A stretch of DNA of 64,000 nucleotides from Camelus dromedarius (GCF_036321535.1 NC_087436.1:11718001-11782000); one strand, 5' to 3'. Positions 38,250-51,010 are shown, counted from the stretch's first letter. Made by a program: numbers and translations. Notes: generated by a model not told the origin, from the sequence alone.

Positions 38250-39900
38250 AATTGTGACTATACATAGCATTCCATTTTAACACAGTAATGTATAGAGAAA
38301 AACTTTCTATAATACTTCCATTTTATTGTTTCTAATCTAATTATTTCTGCTTTTTTCATTAATAGTTTTGCTAGAGATTTGTCTAGTTCAGCATTTTGCA
38401 AGCTGTTCTCAGAATACTAAAAAAGAGGGCAAATAAACTCAGGAAATTGTAGTAAATACCCCTCTTGAGGATTCGAAGTACATATTAACATAAGAAAAGA
38501 TCTGAGAAGTTTTAAAGTAAAACAGAAAACTTGTGAAGTCTATCTGATGTTTTAAAGAACTTAAAAATAAAGAACTTATTTGTGTAGAGGAAGACTTTTT
38601 CTTGGCAGAGTTACTGACTTTTTTTCTTAACATCACTTTTTTTTTTTAACACTTTGAGAAGTGTTTGTCTATTTCATCATCGTCATTATTACTTCAAGTA
38701 AGGAGGTCTAAAATTTGTTTATTCAATTCATAAATTCATAGTTTTTTCTTATTTTTAAGTTTTAATTATTTTAAAGGAATTTTCCATCTTTTTGTAATTT
38801 AAAATGGTTTCATTCATTTATTTTAATATTCAAGTATGAAAAAAGTGTTACCATAATATCTTTTGAGTACATACACCTTTGAGCAATCCTAAAGGTTTTG
38901 ATATAGCAAACTCAGTACTGCTGTTTCATTTCTAATTTTTTCCTTTGATCTCATTTTTTAGGAAAGAGTTTTAAAATTTCTAATTGTACGCCTCTTCTCA
39001 AAATTTTATTAATTTCCAGTTTCATTCTCTGGTTATCAGAGAATGTGATCCATAGTCTTATCTGTAAAATTTTACCTTTTAAAATTTCTTAAAAATTTCT
39101 CTATGACCAATTATGTACTGAGTCATTATGTTTCATTTGTATGGTAGAAGGTGGATTCCCTTTTTCTAGATTACCAAGTTGGATTATTAAAAAAATTTTT
39201 TAATTGAATATAGTCGATTTATAATGTAGTGTTAATTTCTGGTGTACAGCAAAATGATTCAGTTATACATATATATATTCCTTTTCCATTCTTTTTCATT
39301 ACAGGCTATTATAAGATATTGAATATAGTTCACTGTGTACGCAGTAGGACCTTGTTGTTTATCTATTTTATGTACAGTGATTAGTATCTATGAATCCCAG
39401 ACTCCCGTTTTGATCCCTCCCCACTTTTCCCCGCCCTGGTTTAAAACAAGTTTTCTATGTCTGTGAGTCTGTTTCTGTTTTGTAAATAAGTTCATCTGTG
39501 CCATTTTTTTTTTAGATTCCACATATAAGTGATATCATATGATATTTTTCTTTCTCTTTTTGGCTTACTTAGTATGATCATCCATGTTGCTGCAAATGAA
39601 GTTGGATATGTTTTGATTAATTTTTATCTTTCTTTTTAAAATCTCCAGTATCCTTCTTTTTGTCTGTTTGACCTACTGTAAACTGAAGAAGGCCAGTTGG
39701 TCTCTTATGTAATTGTTCTTGACTATCTTCTACTTATATTTCCAAAGGTTTTTGTGTATATACTTTTCCTGATTCATTATTCAGAGTTATATACACAGTA
39801 GGTATTTTAACTTCAAAATGTTACTTCTTTTTAGAAAAAGTTAGTCAATTTTGCATAACTAGTTTACTTTTCTTCTTTATTTTTGGGTTTGCTTTCTATG
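38250..39900 (-). mobile_element. Very old L1 remnant, right part (interrupted by a younger L1)
   Basis: Degenerate antisense ORF2 motifs TTTTGCTAGAGATTTGTCTA and CATTCTCTGGTTATCAGAGAATGTGAT. Confidence 0.5.
39190..39598 (-). mobile_element. 5'-truncated L1 3' end (cetartiodactyl-type) with ~9-bp TSD
   Basis: TTGAATATAGTCGATTTATAATG...TCCATGTTGCTGCAAATG; AAGTTGGAT at 39176-39184 and 39599-39607. Confidence 0.9.
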
Positions 39901-39919
39901 CATATACGTATTCTTTTTT

Positions 39920-40271
39920 TGTGTGTGTATATATATATATATTTTATTGAAGTATGGTCAGTTTACAGTGTCAGAATAGCCATCATTAAAAAGTCCACAA
40001 ATGATAAGTGCTGGAGAAGGGTGTGGAGAAAAGGGACCCCTCCTATACTGTTCATAGGAATGTAGTTTGGTGCATCCATTATGGAAAACAGTATGGAGAG
40101 TCCTCAAAAGACTAAAAACAGACTTACCATATGATCCAGCAATCCCACTCTTGGGCATATGTCCAGAGGGAGCCTTAATTCAAAAAGATACATGCACCCC
40201 AATGTTCACAGCAGCACTATTTACAATAGCCAAGACATGGAAACAACCTAGATGTCCATCAACAGAGGACT
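39920..40271. mobile_element. 5'-inverted (twin-primed) L1 insertion
   Basis: Tail plus ~30 nt of antisense L1 terminus (39942-39973) joined to a sense ORF2 C-terminal piece (39970-40271); 18-bp flanking repeats at 39902-39919 and 40272-40289. Confidence 0.85.
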
Positions 40272-41095
40272 ACATACATATTCTTCTTTAAAAAAAAAAA
40301 ACTTTCCATGTCATTTTAATTTAGGTATATTTATCAGAAGTTGTAGCGTCAATTATTTTCTCATCATGTCTTAGGCTTTTTTCCTTTTGATAGTAAAATA
40401 GGAAAGATTTGTATCACTTGCTGTAATTACTATCTTTTATCTTATCATTCTTATGCTTTTTTCTTTTTTATTACTATTTGCTTTCTATTTTGCATTTTGC
40501 AACAAAGGCCATCATCTTTATTTATAGTTTCTGTAATGATTTAAAAAATAGAAACCTCTTCTTAATTCCATTGTTGCTTACCATAAAGATAATATAGATT
40601 TATAATCTATTTTTATAAAAATGTAAATCCTCTTTCAATATTTGTTGGTTCTTTATATTTAACTTAGGAGTTTTTACTCTAATTTTTTAGCTTCTATATT
40701 TTTATCTTGTTAGAAAACCACTACAGGTCCTTTTTTACTGTGTCTTTTAGTTCTTGAATTAATCTCTTGAGTCTAAGGAGTTCATAGAACTCTGCTCAAG
40801 CAATATTTTGGATTATTGGAATATTATTTGAAATATTCCCTTTATGTGCCTACAGATAGAAGATGCGGTGAAAGTTTTGCCTGATTTTTGTTTAGGAAAA
40901 CAGAAACTTCGACCTGCCTGTTTCTTAGCTCCATAAAGAGGAGCCAGAAATGGAAGATAGTCTGTCAGAGTTACTGAGATTTTGACAATGTGATCAAAAT
41001 CATGCAGAGATTGCTTAAGGTCAGATATATTTAAAAGCAAACTATTCCACTGAAAACTACTTAAAACCAGTGAAGTCCAAGTAGATGTTTTAGAT

Positions 41096-41311
41096 TAGTG
41101 GTTTTCAACTGGGAAGATTTTGCTCCCCAGGGAACACTTGGCAGTGTCTGGAGACATATTTGGTTGTCACAACTCAAACAAATATGGGGGTGTTACTATT
41201 TTAATCCAGTTATTGGGTAGGGGCCATAAATGCTGCTAAACATCCTGCAGTGTGCAGGACAGCCCCGCAGTAATGAATAATCTGATCTGAAAGGGCAATA
41301 TTGCTACAGTT
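41096..41311 (+). mobile_element. MER20 hAT-Charlie element
   Basis: TAGTGGTTTTCAAC...TTTTGCTCCCCAGGGAACACTTGGCAGTGTCTGGAGACAT...GGTTGTCACAACT...ATGCTGCTAAACATCCTGCAGTGTGCAGGACAGCCCC. Confidence 0.9.
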
Positions 41312-43066
41312 ATGCCTCCTTTAGCTTAAGTGCTGTCTTCAGTTATTAAGCGGTTATGTACAGTCATAAATGTAGGTTGTTATAACATTGATGTGCATTG
41401 TGTAACTTTTCTAAGACGGAAACAGAAATCCAAATTACCTATCAGTACCTGAATGAATTAAAGAATCCAGCAGTAACTTTTCTGTACTGTTCCCTGTATT
41501 TGGGATTTCAGGGCTCTTACTAGCTGTGATCTAGGGTTTTCAGCCAAGTCAAAGTAACTGGTAATTTTCCCACACTGAAAAAAATCCTCTTGGGATTTTT
41601 CAACACTAAAAATTTAAGGCTCTGCTTTAGTGGCTCAACCAAAGCCTCTGTAAATGTATGAATACTGTTCTTTCAAGAAGAATGTGAAGCAAACTTCTGT
41701 ATTTTTAAAAAGTAAACTAGAAGGCTAGGTTATTGGAGAAATTCTTTTTTATTGAATTACAGTTTCCATGGTTAGCCTTTGTTACATATGGTGATTCATT
41801 CTGTTTAAACAGGTAGGAAAAGTGCTAAATCCAGGGTGCAGTTAGTGATTAAGTCATCTCAGGTGCTCACGCCACCTGCTCCCTGTTTCCTTCCTTGCTT
41901 CCTGAAGTGTGGTGCCCTCCCCACCCCAGTACCAGCAGCACAGGCAACACCTGCCTGAGAAACGCAGGCTCTCTGGCCTCAGACAGACTCACTGGATCAG
42001 GGTCTGTGTGCTAACAAGGTCCCAGGTGATTTCTATGCACAGTCAGATTTGAGACACCTCTTTTGTTGTTGGCCTTGGCTTTATTTTCAATTTCAGTGCT
42101 CTAGTTTATTTAATATGAAATTGTGTCAACTGCCTCAAATTCTTTTAGAAGTAGGAAGAAGTAAAAATCTCTTGTGTCTATTTGAGGTGGGCCATTTCCA
42201 GTTTATAAAAGAAAGACATACACACATTTGGAAACATTAAAAATATAAATAAACACAGCAGTGCTTTGGCATTGCTCCCTTTCTGTCCTCCCTCCATGCA
42301 TGTGTGTTTGTAGATACTATAGTTTTGCCTTGCTTTTTAAAAGCATTATATCAGAAACATCTCCTCAACCATTTTCTACAGGGATCTGGAGGACATATTA
42401 ATGGTTGCATGATACTCCATTTTATGGATGTAGCATAATTTACTTGTTTTGTGGAGAATAATTTCTAAATTAAAATGAAAAAAATATGGCTACTGGGTGA
42501 GAGCCTACAAAATTCTTCAGTTACTTCTTTCTGAATATTAGACCCTTTAAAGCAGACCCTGTGTTTTACAGGATGGACAGAACTCCCTGTTGATGATGCT
42601 TTTTTCATCTAAGACTCTGTGGTCCCAGTCACATGAAATACAAGTGGATATAACTCATCTCAGTATTTTCCATGCAATTTCCTCTAGCAATCGGGGATGG
42701 TGATTTAGAATCTCCAACAATCTCAGGGTGTATTCCTAAGCACCCATACCTTGTACATTTGATATTTATTTTAGGTGTAATCTTCTTATTGATAAAAAAA
42801 ATCATGTGAATTTGTATTTCATTCTATAACAGAAAAAATGTTTCTGTTACTTAAAGTGAAATGGACGCTTTCCTTAAGATTATACACTTTGTGCTGTACT
42901 TTCTTACTCTTTGGCGATTGGCAAGACTTAAATATTCCAATGTAAAAACACTCAAAGAATGGCCTGCTGCTCAAAGAGAAAAGATTTATCTGTAATGGGA
43001 GAGAATTTTTCCTTTGACATCACAACATCAAGACAGCCTGATCTCTCATATACGTGCATTACCCAT

Positions 43067-43360
43067 TGTATTAGTTTCCTGGGGGTTCTGTAACAAATTG
43101 CCATGAACTTGATGGTTTAAAACAACAGAAATTTATTTTCTTCAGTTTTTGAGGCCAGAATTTTGAAATTAGTATCACTTGGCTGAATTAGAGGTGTTGT
43201 CAGGGCCACTGCTCCCTCCGGAGCCTCTAGGGAAGAATCCTTTCCTTTCCCATTCCAGCTTATGGTTGTTGCCGGCATTCCTTGGCTTGTGGCCACATCA
43301 CTCCAGTCCTGCCTCTGTAGTCATGTTGCCTTCTCCTCTTCTGTGTGTGACATTTCCTCC
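43067..43360 (-). mobile_element. MaLR solo LTR (MLT1C/D-like), partial
   Basis: TGTATTAGTTTCCT...TTAAAACAACAGAAATTTATT...CTCTAGGGAAGAATCC...CATTCCTTGGCTTGTGGCCACATCACTCCA. Confidence 0.88.
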
Positions 43361-43728
43361 TGTGAGGATATGGAGTTGCTTCTACAGAGCCCCACATCAC
43401 CAAACGGAGACTGAATTACAGTTCCGGGTTTCCCAGAAATGGAATCTTAACCCAGCCAATCGGGAATCGCCTGCCCAGCACTAGTGGGGCAGTCTGCCTG
43501 ATCGACCCCCGCCGTCCACTGGAGGGAAGTAACTTTGAAATCAGCAACCCACCTTTTTGTCTAGTATAACGTCCTTGTTTCTGCTCCCTTCTGCTTGTAA
43601 AAGTGTTCCGTTTGTACAGTTCCTCAGAGCTCCTTTCTCTCTGCTAGATTGGATGCTGCCTGATTCAAATCAATTTTTGCTCTAATAAACTCTAAACTAT
43701 TTTAATATGTTTCAGCTATCTTTTAACA
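43361..43728 (+). mobile_element. ERV1-class solo LTR (MER34/MER39-like)
   Basis: TG...CA ends, a CCAAT box near 43456, AATAAA near 43684, and a 3' end AATAAACTCTAAACTATTTTAATATG...TCTTTTAACA typical of MER34-group LTRs. Confidence 0.7.
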
Positions 43729-43770
43729 CCGTCAGTCTTTCCCTTAACCATTCCTGTCAATCTTCTCTCC

Positions 43771-44072
43771 TGTATTGGTTATCTATTGCTACGTAACAAG
43801 CACTGCCGAAACTCAGTGCCTTAAAAACAGCCACTGAGTGTTTTTTTCCACAAATTTTTTCACAAATCTGTGGGTCAGCATTTGGGGCCGGGCTCAGCTG
43901 GGCAGTTCTTCTACAGGTTTGCCTGAGCTCACAGAGAAGCGGGTGGGTTGGTGGCTTCACTTGCATCTGCCTGTGCAGGCTGTGGTCACCAGCAGGCCAG
44001 AGGGGATGACACAGGGTGTGGACTCAGAGAGCTGTGATTCTTTGAGGGCCAACAATTTAACAATTTCTAACA
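43771..44072 (-). mobile_element. MaLR solo LTR (MLT1F/G/H-like)
   Basis: TGTATTGGTTATCTATTGCTACGTAACAA...TCTGTGGGTCAGCATTTGGG...GGCTCAGCTGGGCAGTTCTTCT...ACACAGGGTGTGGACT. Confidence 0.8.
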
Positions 44073-45495
44073 ATTCTCCTTATCTCCCATTTGTAATACT
44101 TTTGGAAATCCAAATTTGTATAAAAACATTCCAAGAATAAGTATATTGTGAAGATTCTTTGTTCTTTAACACGCACTTTAAAAATTATTGCTTCTGTCAT
44201 GTTACCAAAACTTCAAATTTATAAGAAAGTTTAAATATACATGCATATAATGTAAAAACAATAAGCCACCAAGACAAGCCATAAGAGATTATAAGTCCTT
44301 GTTTATGCTGTGCTTGTGTTTTTGGATTATTTTTCATGTTGTATATATGACTAATGATTAGGTAAGAGAGTTTAAGCTTAACTTCTAATCCTTGAGTCCA
44401 GCCATGATTATGTTCAGAGTCACTCTTCTGTTTGAAAGCTGAGTGTAAATATCAAAGAAAAATAGAAATAGTGTTATTACAGCTACCATGCTCTTTAACA
44501 TGGATTGATTTTAGTCCTTTGATTTTTGTACCAGTGTTTAATAGCTACAGAAATCACATAGCCTAGAGGTAGTTTTCATTTAAAAAAAAAATTACTGCTT
44601 GCAAATAACCATATGTGGCCAAATTGATTGCATGTGTTGACTCAATTTTTGGAAGAAGTAATCTTAGTCATATTTGCTACAAGACTTTTTGTTCTCTGAA
44701 GAAAATGTCACTTTGGGAAGGTTGCACAAAAATTTTTTTAAAGCAGTACAAAACAGCATGTGACAAAAATAACATAAAAATGTATTTTGGGGGCCTGATT
44801 TCAAACCTAAGGGCTTGTGTGGGATTTCAGGATGATGTTTGTCGATGTATTCGGCATTTTGAAAGTATGAGACTAAAAGTGCTGTCAATTAATATTTAAG
44901 CTTCATAATTTCTAGCACAAATCCTAAAAGGAGGCTGATAAGTGTTTTCTGAAATTCACAATATGATTGATGGTTGTGCTAGTAAAATATATAGTTTTCA
45001 TTCCATGTTGGAGTTTGAGAAAATACTGATCTATAGGAAAGTGATTTTTCTTTGTATCTACTTTAGGCCTTCCGAAGGAAATGTAAGGAGAATGTTACAC
45101 ACTTATCAGGCCTGCTAAAAGAGAGTGAAATTTAGGGTGAGGACGTTGTCTTTCAGATAGAGCAAAAAGATCTATCAGCAAACGATTTAAATGTTTGGAT
45201 TGAGGTTGAAGAATGTTGGCGCAGCCCAGAGGAAACTAAGGACTGAATGGTACCCTGGGCAAGTCCGAGCCACCGTCTTGTGATTACTAATGCAGCCTCT
45301 GCCCAACCAGAGGAAACTCTGGCTTTGATGGTTGCTCGTGACCAGCCCTGTGCTCTGGCCTTTCCCAGTAAACTTGCCTCCAAGGACAGCCCTTCAGCAC
45401 CTGTCTCGGCCTTGCCGAGAAATGAAATGATGGCACCTCCATCCCATTTCCTAGTGAGTTTCCAGCATGTCCCCTGCCTTTTCCCAGCCTCCTGG

Positions 45496-45530
<35 letters not shown>

Positions 45531-46599
45531 CTTAGATCTCTTTAGTTTTATTTATTTCTTCTGAGCTCAGGAGCTGTGGTGTTGAGTGATCTCCCTTCTG
45601 CTCTGGTAGGATGTCCTTGTCCTGAGGGGACGCCTCTGTTGTCCACTGTCCATGCCTGTGCTGTGCCCCCCAGGTTGGCATCAGCATTTATTTTTGCATC
45701 TGCTCCATACCAGTCCGGCTATGGTTTAGGCATGTGAATACTACAAAATCACTTTTGCAAAAAAGGGTAAAGGACTAGCAGAACTGCCTGTCGTTCTGTA
45801 TAAGAGGGAGAAGGAGAAAGGGAGACGGGGGAGAAGACATGCTGAGGGCACTTTCTGTATTGATTTCCCTCAGCCCCTATGAAGCAGGTGTTCGTCCCCA
45901 TTAGGGACACATAGTTAATAATGGGGGGATTTTTCTGACAAAAGTCATGCTTTTTCCACAACATGCTGCTTCCTTACAAGTTTGAAACATCTGAAATGGA
46001 AAGCTTCTGTTTTTTATTCTATGTAACATACAATGGCAATAATGGAAATAAATACTTGAAGAACTTGGAATCTGGGGCAGAGATTTGTGAAAGCTGGTTA
46101 GGTTTCTGTCTGAATGTGAAGGCATTAAAATATAGTAAAGGATGATTAAGGTCCCAGAGAGGAGTAGGAATGGTTAAATATAGAGAAAAGATCTGGAGGG
46201 AAGGAAGTATATTGAGGCTTTACAGGATAAAGTGGACACTGCTGTCCACTGCGGGGGTAACAGAGGACACAGGTAACAAAGGTAAGAGAGAAGAATGCAG
46301 TTGATAGAAAAACAGAACAAAACACATCCTTTCTTTCCTGCTCACCATTTACCCCCCCCAAAAAAGCACCCCCAAACAAGTGAAACAATCAATATAAAAT
46401 AAACACTAAGACTATCAGAGTGATGTCAGAACAAAAAGGGGTCTGGGTACTCAAAAAACGAGCAGCTTATGGTGAAGGAAGATTTGTTTGCTCTGCCTTC
46501 CTTCATACGGTGCTGGCACCGATGACAGACTGACCAGTGAGTCTCGTGATTCAGATTGATTATTTTTATTTATCTCTAAAGTTCAGGGCCAGTTCCTGA

Positions 46600-47615
46600 T
46601 CTTCCCCCATAAGCCCATTTATTCCTTGTTTCCTGACTGCCAAGTGGCACCACCACCCCCGCAGCTGCTCCTTGCCTCACCTCAGCCATCACTACTCCCT
46701 GTCTGTTCTTCTTAATCTTTCTCAAATCGGCCCGCTGCTCTCCGTGACTCCCACTGCTATCCCGGTTCGAGCCAATAGCGCCTCCTGCTTGGACCTCCAC
46801 CATGTCTCCTGACTTCTTTCCTGTTACCTTATTGGGTCCTCCAGTTCATTCTTCACACCAGAGGTCAGCAAACTTTTTTCTTTAAAGGCCCAAGTAATAA
46901 ATACGATTTCCAGCTTTGTCAGCCACACGATCTGTGTCTCAGCTACTCAACCTGCCATTGAAGGGATAAAAAAAAAAGGCAGTGGGATTCCAATAAAACT
47001 TTATTGACAGACAGCAGCAGGGTTTGGTGTTCTAGCCAGGGTTTGCTGAGGATCCCTGCTGTACACTGTGGCTAGTGATGCTTCTTAAGTGTGGGTTGAA
47101 TGGTGTCAGACCCCAGCTTAATGCTATTTAATTGCTTCTTGCTACTCACGGGAGTAAATTGGAGATGACGGCTTTTTTATTCTGCTTTTCTTGACCCCCT
47201 TCCTTCCTGATCATTCCATGCCAGTCCTGCTGGCTTTATTTCACTGATATCCTTGAAAGCTCCAAGTTCCTTCCTGACTTGGGGTCTTTACACAAGCTGT
47301 TTTCCTCTCCCTGGAAAACTTCACTTCCCTACTCCCACTCAGCCTTCTGTTCTCGGCTTAAATGTCACTTTCCCAGGGAAACCTTCCCGAGCCTTCCAGA
47401 CTAATTTAGGTTCTTTCTGCTATATCCATACTTTTCCCATAATTTTTATGTCAACTTTAATTAAATAAATACTGTGTCATTGTTTAACATTTAGCTCCTT
47501 ACTAGACTGTAAAGTCTGCGGGTCAGGAAACATGTCTGGAGTTTCAACAATGAATTCTCAACATCAAATCCAGTGCCCTGATAGTAGGCAACTAGCAAAT
47601 ATTTGCTAAATAAAT
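46600..47615 (+). mobile_element. Decayed L2 LINE, interrupted by MER58
   Basis: TCGGCTTAAATGTCACTTTCCCAGGGAAACCTTCCC; ACTAGACTGTAAAGTC...CAGTGCCCTGATAGTAGGCAAC...AAATATTTGCTAAATAAAT (L2 terminus). Confidence 0.75.
46859..47058 (+). mobile_element. MER58A-type hAT-Charlie MITE with degenerate 8-bp TSD
   Basis: CAGAGGTCAGCAAACTTTTTTC...TTCCAATAAAACTTTATT...GTTTGCTGA...CCCTG; flanks CTTCACAC (46851-46858) and CTGTACAC (47059-47066). Confidence 0.85.
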
Positions 47616-48436
47616 AAATACATTTAAATCTATAGTTGCTGTCACTCATGTGAAAATTGATGTTATAGAAACCGTTTCTAGTTTCTAAAATCAAAGTGAA
47701 GTGGAGATGTTGCAGGGTTTGACCAGCAGCCATGGAGGACACGTAGATTTTGCAAAAACTTTTCCTGCAGAGGCTGAACCATATGAAACTGCTGCATTTG
47801 ACCATCCATGACCTTCAAAAGAGGCAACTGCATGTGCCTCAACCTAGTACTAAACAGTGTGCACCTTCTTTCTTACAGCTTCTTACTTCCAGCTCCTGAA
47901 GAACTCCCTGGGACCGACAAATACCAACATGGGGTCTCAGTGCCCACTTGGACTGTGTTGCGTTGAACGTTGGGTTTAATGAGCTCTTGATGGGTAGGAA
48001 GTCCTGGGAGTAAGAGTGAGGGAAGCTGCCGATAGGGTGTGAGCAGGTGGATGATTCGCAGCAACACCTGGTGATTGACGTGTGATAATAAAAGGTCCTT
48101 GGAGCTAGTTGGCCAAAACTATAGGAAAAAAGATGGAAAAACTGCGGTCTCAAATAATCTATGCAGCCTCCATGAAGTGAAGAAGGACCATGATATCGCA
48201 CATCGTGACTTCTGGGAGAATTGAAATGCTAATGCTTTTTGGGCTACAGGAGAAAACGTACCTTGGAAAATAATTCAGAGATGCAAAAGAAGAAAAGGTG
48301 AAAGCTTGAGTTTGTGTTTTTATAAAGAGCAGATACGTAATTAATTCATTACTGGGACATGTGGGTGGTTTAATCATGATAGTTTAATCATCATCATAAA
48401 TATGATGTAAAATATCAACAATTCCTGAAAGATTTT

Positions 48437-48943
48437 TTTAACATTTTTTATTGATTTATAATCATTTTACAATGTTGTGTCAAATTCCAGTGTTCAGCAC
48501 AATTTTTCAGTCATACATGGACATATACACACTCATTGTCACATTTTTTTCTCTGTGAGCTACCGTAACGCTTTGTGTATATTTCCCTGTGCTATACAGT
48601 ATAATCTTGTTTATCTATTCTACAATTTTGAAATCCCAGTCTATTCCTTCCCACTCTCTGCCCCCCTGGCAACCACAAGTCTGTATTCTCTGTCTATGAG
48701 TCTATTTCTGTCCTGTATTTACGCTTTGTTTTTGTTTGTTTGTTTGTTTGTTTTTTAGATTCCACATATGAGCGATCTCATATGGTATTTTTCTTTCTCT
48801 TTCTGGCTTACTTCACTTAGAATGACATTCTCCAGGAGCATCCATGTTGCTGCAAATGGCGTTATGTTGTTCGTTTTTATGGCTGAGTAGTATTCCATTG
48901 TATAAATATACCACATCTTCTTTATCCAGTCACCTGTTGATGG
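48437..48943 (-). mobile_element. Young camelid L1 3' end (~0.5 kb) with ~10-bp TSD
   Basis: ORF 48755-48970(-) carries the ORF2 terminus (...[10 protein letters not shown]), nearly identical to the 63032-63601 ORF; flanks TGAAAGATTTT (48426) and TGAAAGTTTT|AA (48944). Confidence 0.95.
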
Positions 48944-49021
48944 TGAAAGTTTTAAAAATATGAAGACCATGACCTCTTGTGTGCCCTCTTAACTGTATTA
49001 TTCATAAAAGGTATAGAAGGG

Positions 49022-49142
49022 ACCTTTAATGAAAAAGAATATGAAAATGAATAAATGTGTATGTATGACACATGACTGGGACATTATGCTGTACACCAGA
49101 AATTGACACATTGTAACTGACTATATACTCCAATTAAAAAAA
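49022..49142 (+). mobile_element. ~120-bp L1 3' terminal fragment with 16-bp TSD
   Basis: AATGAAAAAGAATATGAAAATG...GTACACCAGAAATTGACACATTGTAACTGAC plus poly-A; AAAAGGTATAGAAGGG (49006-49021) vs AAAAGATACAGAAGGG (49143-49158). Confidence 0.92.
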
Positions 49143-49309
49143 AAAAGATACAGAAGGGGAGCAAAGAATAATGACACATACATTTGAACGTATTTTATAT
49201 ACCATAATTGGTACTATATGTATTGACGTTTATTCACTTTGGTGTCATGTCCCTCACACATTTTGAACATTAGTCTGTGTCTTTTTACTCTAAAACCTTT
49301 GTGTTTAAA

Positions 49310-51010
49310 TCTTCACTTTCCTTCTTGTTAAATAAATTCCAGTCAGCCTTTGGCTCCCCCAACTCCAGGGAAGGTTGCCATCACCACCATGGTCAAGAGT
49401 GTCAGTGCCCACGTTGCTGATACGGTAGTAATTGGGTTGCCTTCCTTCTTAGAACAAACGCTTTTTGACTTGATTTCTTAGTTCCCCTCTTTCCTTATTG
49501 GCTGATTCTTCTCTACCTGTTTAATGGTTCCCCGTCAACTCCCCAAACTCAATTATCTAGAGTATCTGGGAATTTGTCCTTGAGCCTCCTGTCTGTACAC
49601 ATTTCCTCGTTCAGTGATTTTCAATCTTATTTCAATTCCTATATAGAAAAAAAAATACATTTTGTGACATTCCTGAGCGCACACACACTCTGAATCCGTG
49701 TCCTCATGAAACAATGCACTTTGATTTGTTCTTTTTTTCTATTTCATTAAAAATTCTCTTCACACTCACTAAATTGATTTCACTACCCACTTTTATGAGT
49801 CACAACTTGCAGTTGAAAAGTATTTTTCTAAGTAGGTCTTACACAATCTCATAGCTTCAGATGCCACTTTTGTGCTGAAGACGCCTAAACATATAGGCGG
49901 TTTTCACTCTGCACAGCAGCGTAGGATCAGCGAATGACTGCGCGCACCCACCACGCGGCAGAGCAGTCTTCGTGACAATGGGAAAAGTTAGGATCTTTAC
50001 AACTTTTTTGTTAAAACATTAAAAGCTCTCACTCCTGACTATAAATATATGGAAATGATAAAAAATAGTCAGCCTACTATTTTTTGGTACACTGTAATGT
50101 AAAACTTTAAAAACATTGAGAATTAGTGTTTTATTTCTTCGTAAAAAATGTATCTAGTTTGTGTAGTCTTTGTTTCCTTCTTCTTGCATAATGTATGTAC
50201 CGAATGAGCATCTTTTCTGTGCCCCAGCAAGTTGTCTCCTTTCTGAGTTTGGATCAGCTTCCAACAGTTTATCCTTTGCACTTTCAATGCTCTGAAATGT
50301 GTCCGAAAGTTCCTTCAATGGTAGTTTTTTTTTTTGCAGTATCACCTCTTCAAGGACATCTCTGTCCCCTTCCTCGCAACCACCCTCCTGCCGCTCGGTT
50401 CCTGACTGCATGTCTGGAGTCTCTGAGACGGAGGTGCGGTCAGCATTCGCACAGTTAGCTGCCTCTCCCATAGCTCCGCTTGAGCTCAACTTGAATTTCC
50501 TTTCTTGTGTTATCACTTTCCATTTCTTTGCTGCAATCTCACCTTTCTTGGCCTCTTTCAATGCTCTCTTTTAATGATCCGTTTTGTAAAAAGTCCTATG
50601 CATTTATCACTGAGATAAGAAGGCAACACCACTGTGCACTTTGCTGACTGGGTAGGAACTGAATGACCGACGTGCAGTCACCACAGACTCTGAGAGAAGT
50701 GACAGGATGACCCCTAGTCACGAGTCACATCTGTACTGATTTGGGGACTGCAGGGCCAGAAGTAACATTTGTTTTTCATGCAGATGTCACACCTGACATA
50801 CCATGGCAGTCGCTGAAATGTGAATCATGGTGTTGGGGGACTGGCGTTACCTCAACTGTGGAAGCTTCTCTTCATTCATGTTGGATCCGTGCAAAGCGAA
50901 GACTTTCTCCAGCCAGACTAACTCCAGCCCGGACTCCTCCCTGAATTCCAGCATAATATGCCTTAGCTTGACTTTCCTGTAGGTTAGTTTAAACTCAATA
51001 TGTCCAAAAC
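49310..51010 (+). mobile_element. Decayed L2 LINE split by a Tigger insertion
   Basis: The L2 motif GCTGAAGACGCCTAAACATA to the left of the Tigger continues as CTCCAGCC...CTCCCTGAATTCCAG to the right; upstream CCAGTCAGCCTT...GGTTGCCATCACC. Confidence 0.55.
49894..50908 (-). mobile_element. Internally deleted TcMar-Tigger DNA transposon with transposase remnant
   Basis: Inverted ends (AGGCGGTTTTCACTCTGCAC and GTGCAAAGCGAAGACT); ORF 50154-50561(-) has a KKWKVIT N-terminal motif and a pogo/Tigger-like acidic C-terminus (LKELSDTFQSIESAKDKLLEADPN). Confidence 0.8.
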
